This document shows positions 16,340 through 31,300 of a stretch of DNA of 64,000 bases, one piece after another (position 1 is the first letter of the stretch; every line of letters starts with the position of its first letter). Origin of the DNA: Eledone cirrhosa (taxonomy: Eukaryota); contig OZ024745.1 of NCBI GenBank assembly GCA_964016885.1, forward strand, positions 53,568,001-53,632,000. The letters run 5' to 3'. A program made the position numbers and the translations under genes. The notes under the pieces were generated by a model. The model was not told the origin of the DNA and made no database searches. It saw only the letters and a program-made list of their open reading frames with translations.

Positions 16340-17200
16340 TATGATAGCTTGTGACCGAGATATAAAAACTCCGTGACTTGAGGAATTTGCTGGTTGTAGA
16401 TTGACATTGTTTATTATCAGTTGTCATACACTTCGTTTCGGAGATCTTGTGTAAGCCTACCTCTAGTGCATGTTTTCCAGTATATTTGGAAAGCTTTGTA
16501 GATCAGTTATAGAGTAAATCGTGATGGCCACGTCGTCTGCATAGCTACGATTTGATAGCCAGAGGAACATTCTTCTTCAGTTTGTTAGATATGTCCAGCT
16601 ATAACGATACACAAAAGAAATGCTGATAGTACATCTCCCTGCTTAACTTCCTTCAAGATATCTATACTCCGTGTAGCTCCCAGGTCTGTTTTGATATATG
16701 CTGTTTAGTTGGTGTAAGTTTCTTTCAGTAGGTTAATGCATTTCTTGTTAATTGAGGTTTTGTTTAAGAGTTGCCATAAGCTGAGTGTAGTTTCATGTTG
16801 TCTAAAGCTTTTGTGAAGTCAATGAAGGTAATTAGCACAGGGTTGTTAAATTCTATTGATTTCTCAATGGTTTTTTCAATAGCTAGGATCTGTTCAATGG
16901 TGCCTCTTCCAGGTTGATACGCAGCTTGTGTTTCAGGAAATGAGATGTAAAGGTCTGACTTCACTCGTGCTGCAATGATACTCATGAAACGTTTGTAAGC
17001 ATGACTCAATAGACTGATATGACGATTGTTCCCGCAATCAAGTCTGCTGCCTTTTTTATAGGGTACAACTATCAATACTTTCTTGAACATGTCTGGGTCT
17101 TCTCTGTGGTGATAATACAGTTATTTTAACTGTATTATCATGTTGAAGTGCTTTGATACGTAGTTCACCTCCAGCTTTGATGAATGCAAACAACAATTGA
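16340..17200 (-). pseudogene. RTE-type LINE reverse transcriptase fragment (inverted segment)
   Basis: KKGSRLDCGNNRHISLLS, QAAYQPGRGTIEQI, FIDFTKALD, YADD (about 16535) and EFLYLG (about 16360). Confidence 0.85.
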
Positions 17201-17209
17201 ACGGTCGCT

Positions 17210-17676
17210 GTTTCTTATCGAGTTTCTTATCATTTGAAGGTTCAGCTCTTTGACACTTACATCCTACCAGTTGTGTTATAGGGTCTTAATTGTGTTAACT
17301 GGACAGGCAAGTTAACTTCAGAAGCTCTCTATATCCCAGAACCACATCATGAGACTTATGAATAACAAACAACTCAGCGACTATATATCAATGAATGTGT
17401 TACTCCACATTACCAAGATTAAATCAATCACATCAATTATCAAGTCAAGAGTACTTAAACTGTTTGGTCATATCAAAAGATCAACTCATGGTGTGAGTAA
17501 GATAGGCCTAGAAGGTAAGTTAGCCGATAAGATAAACAAAACGCTGGCTTGATAATATCAACTTATGGACTGGACTTCACCTTGGCTCTTTGAACTCTGC
17601 TGTTGGTGATCGAACTTTGTCGAGAAGAATATCTTATGTTGATGCACAGTCTGCAGCAGGCGGAGTGAACGTCTAG
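17210..17676 (+). pseudogene. 3' part of the same or a related RTE LINE, forward orientation
   Basis: LFDTYILPVVL*G, LKLFGHIKR and LEGK motifs typical of the RTE C-terminus. Confidence 0.7.
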
Positions 17677-17705
17677 GAAAGATATACATATGCATATGCA
17701 TATAC

Positions 17706-17848
17706 ATTCCTGATGATATCATACGAATTGAACAGTTCTAATCCTGTAGAAGTCATTTCTATATATAATAAAGATGCCTATACTCTACCAATGTATTGAG
17801 TACCTTCTTTAACTGCAGTTGCTACCCCTCATCACTCAGGAACCTACA
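17706..17848 (+). mobile_element. HHR family D element end, decayed, abutting (TA)n
   Basis: ATTC-CTGATGA...CAG ttctaatc CTG-TA-GAA, then AATAAA and TATTGAGTAC. Confidence 0.55.
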
Positions 17849-17862
17849 TATATATATATATA

Positions 17863-17914
<52 letters not shown>

Positions 17915-17936
17915 AATATATATGTGTGTGTATATA

Positions 17937-18008
<72 letters not shown>

Positions 18009-18041
18009 AATATATATGTGTGTGTATATATATATGTGTGT

Positions 18042-18082
<41 letters not shown>

Positions 18083-18720
18083 CATAATCCAATAATAGCC
18101 CTTATTCCTATCTCAATCCGTTTCACATACACCGCCAAATGCACACTCATTTACACACACAGTTCCACTCATACACGTACACGTGTGCAACACGATGTAA
18201 CACAAATACATGCATAGAGAGAGGGAGGAGAGATCGTGTGGAGGAGAGGGATAGATAGAGGGAGGGAGTGAAAGGGTGGGACTGCAGTTTATTTCATTAA
18301 TTCATTGTTCAGATTTGACTGGTTGCCAAACCTGTTTTATTATTGTTGTTGTTGCATTTGATAATGTTGTTGTTTTGTTTTCAGTGTTGGTGTTGTTGGA
18401 GATAGTGGTATTAGTGGTGGCGATGGCGGCGGTGGTGGTGGTGGTGGTGGCGGTGGTGGTGGGAGATGCTGGTGTTGTAGTTTTCCTGCTCTTGTTTTTA
18501 CTGGGGGAAAGAGGTTCATGGTCCGTCCATTATTGCATACTCACTCATACATGCGTGCAGACACACACATAAACACACACAAACACACACACACATTTAC
18601 ACACGCACAAACAAACATATACATATATATACACACACACACATATATATACATATATAAATACGCACATGCATATCACATGGACTCACGCAAACTCACT
18701 TGCAAGCATACTCTCACACA

Positions 18721-18799
<79 letters not shown>

Positions 18800-18827
18800 G
18801 TGTATGTATGTGTGTATATATATTGTA

Positions 18828-18917
<90 letters not shown>

Positions 18918-18995
18918 TATATATATACACATATATACATATATTAATAATGCGTATATATATATACATATATATATATATATACGCATTATTAA

Positions 18996-19051
<56 letters not shown>

Positions 19052-19593
19052 TACACATATAAATATACATACATATATATATAGATAGATAGATATAGAT
19101 ATATATATACATGCAATGCACACATGTAAACACTCACAAGCACACTCACAGATACACAGACCTACGGGCAGAGATATACATACACACAAACATGTAATCA
19201 CAAACATGTAATTACGCATACGCATGTCCACATCCACATGCCCCACCTTCTTAACATCAAACTGCAAGCTCCAGTTGTTGTAAACCACCGCTCCCTTTCC
19301 GCTTCTAAATCATGGTGACACGCAGTGACGCAAGGGTTAGGGAATGGTAGAAGGTCACTGACCTCTTTCCTCGTCTTTACCTTTTTCTATTTATTACCTT
19401 CTTAACTTTCACTGATTTAGTGTGTGAGTGAGTGTGTGAGTATGTGTGTGTGTGTGCGTGTGTGTGTGTGTGTGTATGTGAATTTTGATTTTTTTTTTCT
19501 AGGTGGTGTTTTTGGTGTTTTTTAAAGATAATGTTAACGATCCTGTGACGACGATGACGTTACTCGTGTTGATGGGGATGATGATGATAAGGG

Positions 19594-19625
<32 letters not shown>

Positions 19626-20039
19626 CGGCTGGTTTCTTGTAATTTTCCTTTTTATTGACGGTTGCCCCTGTCACACTCTCCTCTCCTTCTCTCCTTATAT
19701 GTGCGTGTATGTGTGTGTATGTGTGTGTATGTGTGTGTATCGATGTATATGTTGCGTGTGAGTGTCTTTTTTACAAATCTCTCTCCCCCCCCCTCTCTCA
19801 CCGTATATATATATATATATATATATGTATTGCTAGTTTTCTTTCCCTCGCATTGTTCTTTTCTCTTCCTATTCCCCTTTCTGTCAACCTTAACCTCAAT
19901 CAGAATTAACAACACCGCCCTCAGCCACATTACGTAAAGCTTCTCCGTCAACTTTAACACTTCCACCACCTCCATCACCGACATTATCTGTCAACGCCAC
20001 TGATAATCGAAGGAATAGCTATCAACCTTTTATGAACAA

Positions 20040-23000
20040 CATTACTAAAGTCGCCACCACCAGCACAGCTATGAGCTTCATTCAACATCAGTACCTCTAT
20101 CATCATCATCATCATCATCATCATCATTACTATCACGACTGCTAACATCGTCACCGCCATCACCAATATTTCTGCTGCCAATATCACCACCGCCATCATC
20201 ACCATTACCAACAAACATCATCAATAACACAATTAATGTTAACACTATCACTAAGATCATTACAAGCAGCATAACATATACCAGCACATCACCAATAACA
20301 ACAAGAACATTACTATCACCACCACCACCACTAATATCTCGACCACCATCAACAACACCATCAACACCATCACTACCACCACAACCAATACCAACAGCAC
20401 CACCATCCCTAACGTTATCTCACCGATCGACATCACTACCATTCCCAACACTTTCACCACCATCACCAGCATCAGCCCTAACACCACCATCACCAGCATC
20501 ACCAGCATCACCACCATCACCAGCATCAACCTTAATACTAGCATCACCACTAACACCAGCATCACCACTAACACCAGCATCACCACCAGCGCCATGATCA
20601 AGCCTAACACCAGCTTCACCACCGCCCCACCACCACAAACATCAGCCCTAATACCAGCATCACCACTAATACCAGCATCACCACAACGCCATCATCACCA
20701 CCATCGCCATCATCAACCCTAACACCAACTTCACCACTACCAACATCACCACTAACAACAACATCCACACTAATACCAGGATCACCACCATCAGCAGCAT
20801 CACCACCATCACCACCATCAACCCTAACACCACCTTCACCACCATCACCACCATCACCACCATCAACCCTAACACCACTATCACCACCATCACCAACATC
20901 AACCCTAATACCACCATCACCACCATCAACCCTAACACCACCATCACCACCATCACCAACATCAACCCTAATACCACCATCACCACCATCAACCCTAACA
21001 CCACCATCACCACCATCACCACCATCAACCCTAACACCACCATCACCACCATCACCACCATCAACCCTAATACCACCATCACCACCATCACCACCAGCAA
21101 CCCTAATACTACCTTCACCACCATCACCACCATCAACCCTAATACCACCATCACCACCATCACCACCATCAACCCTAACACCACCATCACCACCATCACC
21201 AAATTCAACCCTAACACCACCATCACCACCATCACCAACATCAACCCTAACACCACCATCACCACCATCACCAACATCAACCCTAACACCACCATCACCA
21301 CCATCACCAACATCAACCCTAATACCACCATCACCACCATCAGCACCATCAACCCTAACACCACCATCACCACCATCAGCACCAGCAACCCTAACACCAC
21401 CATCACCACCATCACCAACATCAACCCTAACACCACCATCACCACCATCACCAACATCAACCCTAATACCACCATCACCACCATCAACCCTAATACCACC
21501 ATCACCACCATCACCAACATCAACCCTAATACCACCATCACCACCATCACCACCAGCAACCCTAACACCACCATCACCACCATCACCAACATCAACCCTA
21601 ACACCACCATCACCACCATCACCAACATCAACCCTAACACCACCATCACCACCATCACCAACATCAACCCTAACACCACCATCACCACCATCACCACCAG
21701 CAACCCTAACACCACCATCACCACCATCACCAACATCAACCCTAATACCACCATCACCACCATCACCAACATCAACCCTAACACCACCATCACCACCATC
21801 ACCACCAGCAACCCTAACACCACCATCACCACCATCACGACCAGCAACCCTAACACCACCATCACCACCATCACCAACATCAACCCTAGTACCACCATCA
21901 CCACCATCACCAACATCAACCCTAATACCACCATCACCACCATCACCACCAGCAACCCTAACACCACCATCACCACCATCACCAACATCAACCCTAATAC
22001 CACCATCACCACCATCACCAACATCAACCCTAACACCACCATCACCACCATCACCACCAGCAACCCTAACACCACCATCACCACCATCACCACCAGCAAC
22101 CCTAACACCACCATCACCACCATCACCAACATCAACCCTAGTACCACCATCACCACCATCACCAACATCAACCCTAATACCACCATCACCACCATCACCA
22201 CCAGCAACCCAAACACCACCATCACCACCATCACCAACATCAACCCTAATACCACCATCACCACCATCACCAACATCAACCCTAAAACCACCATCACCAC
22301 CATCACCACCAGCAACCCTAACACCACCATCACCACCATCACCAACATCAACCCTAACACCACCATCACCACCATCACCACCATCAACCCTAATACCACC
22401 ATCACCACCATCACCACCATCACCACCATCACCACCATCACCACCATCACCACCAGCAACCCTAACACCACCATCACCACCATCACCACCAGCAACCCTA
22501 ACACCACCATCACCACCATCACCAAATTCAACCCTAGTACCACCATCACCGCCATCACCAACATCAACCCTAGTACCACCATCCCCACCATCACCAACAT
22601 CAACCCTAACACCACCATCACCACCATCACCGACATCAACCCTAGTACCACCATCCCCACCATCACCAACATCAACCCTAATACCACCATCACCGACATC
22701 AACCCTAGTACCACCATCCCCACCATCACCAACATCAACCCTAACACCACCATCACCACCATCACCAACATCAACCCTAGTACCACCATCACCACCATCA
22801 CCAACATCAACCCTAATACCACCATCACCACCATCACCACCATCAACCCTAACACCACCATCACCACCATCACCAACATCACCAACATCAACCCTAACAC
22901 CACCATCACCACCATCACCACCAGCAACCTTAACACCACCATCACCACCATCACCACCATCAACCTTAACACCACCATCACCACCATCACCACCATCAAC

Positions 23001-23830
23001 CCTAACACCACCATCACCACCATCACCACCATCACAAACTTCAACCCTAATACCACCATCACCACCATCACCACCATCACCACCATCAACCTTAACACCA
23101 CCATCACCACCATCACCACCATCAACCCTAACACCACCATCACCACCATCACCACCATCACAAACTTCAACCCTAATACCACCATCACCACCATCACCAC
23201 CATCAACCTTAACACCACCATCACCACCATCACCACCATCAACCTTAACACCACCATCACCACCATCACCACCATCAACCCTAACACCACCATCACCACC
23301 ATCACCAACATCAACCCTAATACCACCATCACCACCATCACCACCATCAACCTTAACACCACCATCACCATCATCACCAACATCAACCTTAACACCACCA
23401 TCACCATCATCACCACCATCAACCCTAACACCACCATCACCACCATCACCAACATCAACCCTAATACCACCATCACCACCATCACCACCATCAACCTTAA
23501 CACCACCATCACCATCATCACCAACATCAACCCTAATACCACCATCACCACCATCACAAACTTCAACCCTAATACCACCATCACCACCATCACCACCATC
23601 AACCTTAACACCACCATCACCACCATCACCACCATCAACCTTAACACCACCATCACCACCATCACCACCATCAACCCTAATACCACCATCACCACCATCA
23701 CCAACATCAACCTTAACACCACCATCACCATCATCACCACCATCAACCTTAACACCACCATCACCATCATCACCAACATCAACCCTAATACCACCATCAC
23801 CACCATCACCAACATCAATACCACCAAAAC
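20040..23830. repeat. ACC/ATC-based minisatellite, 36-bp core unit (regular from about 20800)
   Basis: Unit AACCCTAACACCACCATCACCACCATCACCAACATC, with 27- and 45-bp variants. Confidence 0.95.
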
Positions 23831-23894
23831 AACAACCTCTCTACTAACATTTCAGCCACAAACATGATCGTTACCGCCAGTATTACCCTCCTCA

Positions 23895-26800
23895 CCAACA
23901 CCTCCACCAGCAAGCAACATCACAACCATCAACAACAGAGGCAACTAACAAGTATCCCCCACTCCTACAGCATTACCACCACCAATACCATCCCCACCAG
24001 CAAGCAACATCACAACCATCAACAACAGAAGCAACTAACAAGTATCCCCCACTCCTACAGCATTACCACCACCAATACCATCCCCACCAGCAAGCAACAT
24101 CACAACCACCAACAACAGAAGCAACTAACAAGTATCCCCCACTCCTACAGCATTACCACCACCAATACCATCCCCACCAGCAAGCAACATCACAACCACC
24201 AGCAACAGAAGCAACTAACAAGTATCCCCCACTCCTACAGCATTACCACCACCAATACCACCTCCACCAGCCAGCAACATCACAACCACCAACAACAGAA
24301 GCAACTAACAAGTATCCCCCACTCCTACAGCATTACCACCACCAATACCACCTCCACCAGCAAGCAACATCACAACCACCAGCAACAGAAGCAGCTAACA
24401 TGTATCCCCCACTCCTACAGCATTACCACCACCAATACCACCTCCACCAGCAACCAACATCACAACCATCAACAACAGAAGCAACTAACAAGTATCCCCC
24501 ACTCCTACAGCATTACCACCACCAATACCATCCCCACCAGCAAGCAACATCTCAACCACCAGCAACAGAAGCAACTAACAAGTATCCCCCACTCCTACAG
24601 CATTACCACCACCAATACCACCTCCACCAGCAACCAACATCACAACCACCAGCAACAGAAGCAACTAACAAGTATCCCCCACTCCTACAGCATTACCACC
24701 ACCAATACCACCTCCACCAGCAACCAACATCTCAAACCACCAGCAACAGAAGCAACTAACAAGTATGCCCCACTCCTACAGCATTACCACCACCAATACC
24801 ACCTCCACCAGCAACCAACATCACAACCATCAACAACAGAAGCAACTAACAAGTATCCCCCACTCCTACAGCATTACCACCACCAATACCACCTCCACCA
24901 GCAACCAACATCTCAAACCACCAGCAACAGAAGCAACTAACAAGTATGCCCCACTCCTGCAGCATTACCACCACCAATACCACCTCCACCAGCAAGCAAC
25001 ATCACAACCACCAGCAACAGAAGCAACATCACAACCACCAACAACAGAAGCAACTAACATGTATCCCCCACTCCTACAGCATTACCACCACCAATACCAT
25101 CCCCACCAGCAAGCAACATCACAACCACCAGCAACAGAAGCAACTAACAAGTATCCCCCACTTCTACAGCATTACCACCACCAATACCACCTCCACCAGC
25201 AAGCAACATCACAACCACCAACAACAGAAGCAACTAACATGTATCCCCCACTCCTACAGCATTACCACCACCAATACCATCCCCACCAGCAAGCAACATC
25301 ACAACCACCAACAACAGGAGCAACTAACAAGTATCCCCCACTCCTACAGCATTACCACCACCAATACCATCCCCACCAGCAAGCAACATCTCAACCACCA
25401 GCAACAGAAGCAACTAACAAGTATCCCCCACTCCTACAGCATTACCACCACCAATACCATCCCCACCAGCAACCAACATCACAACCACCAACAACAGAAG
25501 CAACTAACATGTATCCCCCACTCCTACAGCATTACCACCACCAATACCATCCCCACCAGCAAGCAACATCACAACCATCAACAACAGAAGCAACTAACAT
25601 GTATCCCCCACTCCTACAGCATTACCACCACCAATACCATCCCCACCAGCAAGCAACATCACAACCATCAACAACAGAAGCAACTAACATGTATCCCCCA
25701 CTCCTACAGCATTACCACCACCAATACCACGTCCACCAGCAAGCAACATCACAACCACCAACAACAGAAGCAACTAACATGTATCCCCCACTCCTACAGC
25801 ATTACCACCACCAATACCATCCCCACCAGCAAGCAACATCACAACCACCAACAACAGAAGCAACTAACAAGTATCCCCCACTCCTACAGCATTACCACCA
25901 CCAATACCATCCCCACCAGCAAGCAACATCACAACCACCAACAACAGAAGCAACTAACATGTATCCCCCACTCCTACAGCATTACCACCACCAATACCAT
26001 CCCCACCAGCAAGCAACATCACAACCACCAACAACAGAAGCAACTAACAAGTATCCCCCACTCCTACAGAATTACCACCACCAATACCATCCCCACCAGC
26101 AAGCAACATCACAACCACCAGCAACAGAAGCAACTAACAAGTATCCCCCACTCCTACAGCATTACCACCACCAATACCACCTCCACCAGCAAGCAACATC
26201 ACAACCACCAACAACAGAAGCAACTAACAAGTATCCCCCACTCCTACAGCATTACCACCACCAATACCACCTCCACCAGCAAGCAACATCTCAACCACCA
26301 ACAACAGAAGCAACTAACAAGTATCCCCCACTCCTACAGCATTACCACCACCAATACCACCTCCACCAGCAAGCAACATCACAACCACCAGCAACAGAAG
26401 CAACTAACAAGTATCCCCCACTCCTACAGCATTACCACCACCAATACCACCTCCACCAGCAACCAACATCACAACCACCAGCAACAGAAGCAACTAACAA
26501 GTATCCCCCACTCCTACAGCATTACCACCACCAATACCACCTCCACCAGCAACCAACATCACAACCACCAGCAACAGAAGCAACTAACAAGTATCCCCCA
26601 CTCCTACAGCATTACCACCACCAATACCACCTCCACCAGCAACCAACATCTCAACCACCAGCAACAGAAGCAACTAACAAGTATCCCCCACTCCTACAGC
26701 ATTACCACCACCAATACCACCTCCACCAACAAGCAACATCTCAAACCACCAGCAACAGAAGCAACTAACAAGTATCCCCCACTCCTACAGCATTACCACC

Positions 26801-29112
26801 ACCAATACCACCGCCACCAGCAACCAACATCACAACCACTAACAACAGAAGCAACTAACAAGTATCCCCCACTCCTACAGTATTACCACCACCAATACCA
26901 CCTCCACCAGCAAGCAACATCTCAACCACCAACAACAGAAGCAACTAACAAGTATCCCCCACTCCTACAGCATTACCACCACCAATACCACCTCCACCAG
27001 CCAGCAACATCACAACCACCAGCAACAGAAGCAACTAACAAGTATCCCCCACTCCTACAGCATTACCACCACCAATACCACCTCCACCAGCAAGCAACAT
27101 CACAACCACCAGCAACAGAAGCAACTAACAAGTATTCCCCACCACCAATACCACCTCCACCAGCAAGCAACATCTCAACCACCAGCAACAGAAGCAACTA
27201 ACAAGTATCCCCCACTCCTACAGCATTACCACCACCAATACCACCTCCACCAGCAAGCAACATCACAACCACCAGCAACAGAAGCAACTAACAAGTATTC
27301 CCCACCACCAATACCACCTCCACCAGCAAGCAACATCTCAACCACCAGCAACAGAAGCAACTAACAAGTATCCCCCACTCCTACAGCATTACCACCACCA
27401 ATACCACCTCCACCAGCAAGCAACATCACAACCATCAACAGCAGAAGCAACTAACAAGTATGCCCCACTCCTGCAGCATTACCACCACCAATACCACCTC
27501 CACCAGCAAGCAACATCACAACCATCAACAACAGAAGCAACTAACAAGTATTCCCCACCACCAATACCACCTCCACCAGCAAGCAACATCACAACCATCA
27601 ACAGCAGAAGCAACTAACAAGTATGCCCCACTCCTGCAGCATTACCACCACCAATACCACCTCCACCAGCAAGCAACATCACAACCACCAGCAACAGAAG
27701 CAACTAACAAGTATGCCCCACTCCTGCAGCATTACCACCACCAATACCACCTCCACCAGCAAGCAACATCACAACCATCAACAGCAGAAGCAACTAACAA
27801 GTATCCCCCACTCCTACAGCATTACCCACCACCGATACCACCTCCACCAGCAACCAACATCACAACCACCAGCAACAGAAGCAACTAACAAGTAACCCCC
27901 ACTCCTACAGCATTACCACCACCAATACCACCTCCACCAGCAACCAACATCACAACCACCAACAACAGAAGCAACTAACATGTATCCCCCACTCCTACAG
28001 TATTACGACCACCAATACCACCTCCACCAACAAGCAACATCTCAACCACCAACAACAGAAGCAACTAACAAGTTTCCCCCACTCCTACAGCATTACCACC
28101 ACCAATACTACCTCCACCAGCAAGCAACATCACAACCACCAGCAACAGAAGCAACTAACAAGTATCTCCCACTCCTACAGCATTACCACCACCAATACCA
28201 CCTCCACCAGCAAGCAACATCTCAACCACCAGCAACAGAAGCAACTAACAAGTTTCCCCCACTCCTACAGCATTACCACCACCAATACCACCTCCACCAG
28301 CAAGCAACATCTCAACCACCAGCAACAGAAGCAACTAACAAGTTTCACCCACTCCTACAGCATTACCACCACCAATACCACCGCCACCAGCAAGCAACAT
28401 CACAACCACCAGCAACAGAAGCAACTAACAAGTATCCCCCACTCCTACAGCATTACCACCACCAATACCACCGCCACCAGCAAGCAACATCACAACCACC
28501 AGCAACAGAAGCAACTAACAAGTATCCCCCACTCCTACAGCATTACCACCACCAATACCACCTCCACCAGCAAGCAACATCACAACCACCAGCAACAGAA
28601 GCAACTAACAAGTATCCCCCACTCCTACAGCATTACCACCACCAATACCACCGCCACCAGCAAGCAACATCACAACCACCAGCAACAGAAGCAACTAACA
28701 AGTATCCCCCACTCCTACAGCATTACCACCACCAATACCACCTCCACCAGCAAGCAACATCACAACCACCAACAACAGAAGCAACTAACAAGTATCCCCC
28801 ACTCCTACAGTATTACGACCACCAATACCACCTCCACCAGCAAGCAACATCACAACCACCAACAACAGAAGCAACTAACAAGTATCCCCCACTCCTACAG
28901 CATTACCACCACCAATACCACCTCCACCAGCAAGCAACATCACAACCATCAACAACAGAAGCAACTAACAACTATCCCCCACTCCTACAGCATTACCACC
29001 ACCAATACCACCTCCACCAACAAGCAACATCACAACCACCAACAACAGAAGCAACTAACAAGTATCCCCCACTCCTACAGCATTACCACCACCAATACCA
29101 CCTCCACCAGCC
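23895..29112. repeat. 90-bp minisatellite, roughly 58 copies
   Basis: GCAACTAACAAGTATCCCCCACTCCTACAGCATTACC... recurs every 90 bp (23941, 24031, 24121 and onward), with occasional indels. Confidence 0.97.
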
Positions 29113-29519
29113 AGCAACAACACCTCCTTCAATATCAACACCACCAACACTAACATGACCATTACCTTAAATATCACCGGCCAACATCACTAATGTGGTT
29201 CCGTTATTACCAACACTCACCGTCAATACCACCACCACCACCTCCACCACACACACTTACACACACCGTCACCGTCACCACCACCACCACCACCACCACC
29301 ACCACCAGCAGCACTACCAGCAGCAGCATCACCACCACCGCCATCACTACTACCATCGCCACCACCACCACTACCTCTACCACTACCTCACCCGATAACT
29401 ACCAGCACCACCACCACCACCACCCGCGAATACCGCCACAACAATACCGCCAATATCAATTCAACCACTACTACCATTACTACTACTAACATTACTACTA
29501 CTACTACTACTACTACCAT

Positions 29520-29584
<65 letters not shown>

Positions 29585-29875
29585 TATCATCATAAATCAG
29601 GAATATATGCATTTGTGTAACATGAGTGGAAACACGTTATGTGGTAGATAACATATACATATCCATTAATATATATGTGTATATATATATATATATATAG
29701 ATATATATTGTGCCTGTGTGGATATATGTGTGTGTGAGTGTGCGTGTGTATGCGTGCGTGTTTTTGTGTGTATACATGCGCGAGCGCACACACACATGCA
29801 CATACATCACACACTAACATATCTATCGATTTTCATATTGAGCGTGTGAATGGGTGAGTGTATTTACTGTATATA

Positions 29876-29943
<68 letters not shown>

Positions 29944-29995
29944 CATACATATGTGTATACATATATATATATATATATACATTTATATATATATG

Positions 29996-30030
<35 letters not shown>

Positions 30031-30103
30031 AGAGAGAGAGAGAGAAAGAGAGAGAGATTTATACATAAGTATATATATATATACATGTATATATATATAT
30101 GAT

Positions 30104-30149
<46 letters not shown>

Positions 30150-30154
30150 CAATA

Positions 30155-30261
<107 letters not shown>

Positions 30262-30310
30262 CTGTGTATGTATGTCTCTCTCTATATACATATACATGTA
30301 ATATAGATGA

Positions 30311-30353
<43 letters not shown>

Positions 30354-30356
30354 CAA

Positions 30357-30432
<76 letters not shown>

Positions 30433-30490
30433 TGTGTGTGCCTGTGTATGTATGTCTCTCTCTATATACATATACATGTAATATACATGA

Positions 30491-30532
<42 letters not shown>

Positions 30533-30997
30533 GCAAAGACACTTGTTTGTACGCACTTTCGTTTATAATAACACATGGTTGTGAAGTAATAACACTCATG
30601 TGCACTCGAACGCCCACCGCGCGCGCACATACTTACACATTCACACATAGACACATCCACAAAGCTATACAATCCCTGTTATTATGCACCAACCAAAACC
30701 TTTTCATCCAATCACCTCATAACACTCCCATTGAAAAGGTTCATTCTCTTCTTCCTGTTCAGAATTCCATTCTGCTTTCTACCCATTCCACCCTGCCTCA
30801 CCCCGATCTCTCTACCGACATTTATAGGCCGTTGGTATTCTCTGCCTGTGAGATTCAGTGTGACTTCGCTAGTTTGCTTATTAAACATAATGTGATGCTG
30901 AACTCCAGACTAATGTTATTAATTAATAGAATTTCACACACACACACACATAAACACATACACATACATATACACACATAGATATATGCATGCCAGT

Positions 30998-31034
<37 letters not shown>

Positions 31035-31179
31035 CATATTTATTGTGTTCTGTGTGTAATATATATGGATATCTGAAAGAGAGAATGTTAATATGTTCGT
31101 TAAGACACATTATTGTGAGTATTGGAAAGTTCTGTGCCTTAGAGTAATGCACTAGACTTCGTAATGGTCATATATATGC

Positions 31180-31234
<55 letters not shown>

Positions 31235-31300
31235 CTTAAAAATAAAGCTACGTCAGGCGGTGGAAGCATTACTGAATTGTTGGGTTGTCTATTTAGTTGT

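Noticed and set aside
20678-23827. 1049-aa Met/Val-rich ORF
   Set aside because: Antisense reading of the ACC/ATC minisatellite, with no domain or gene context.
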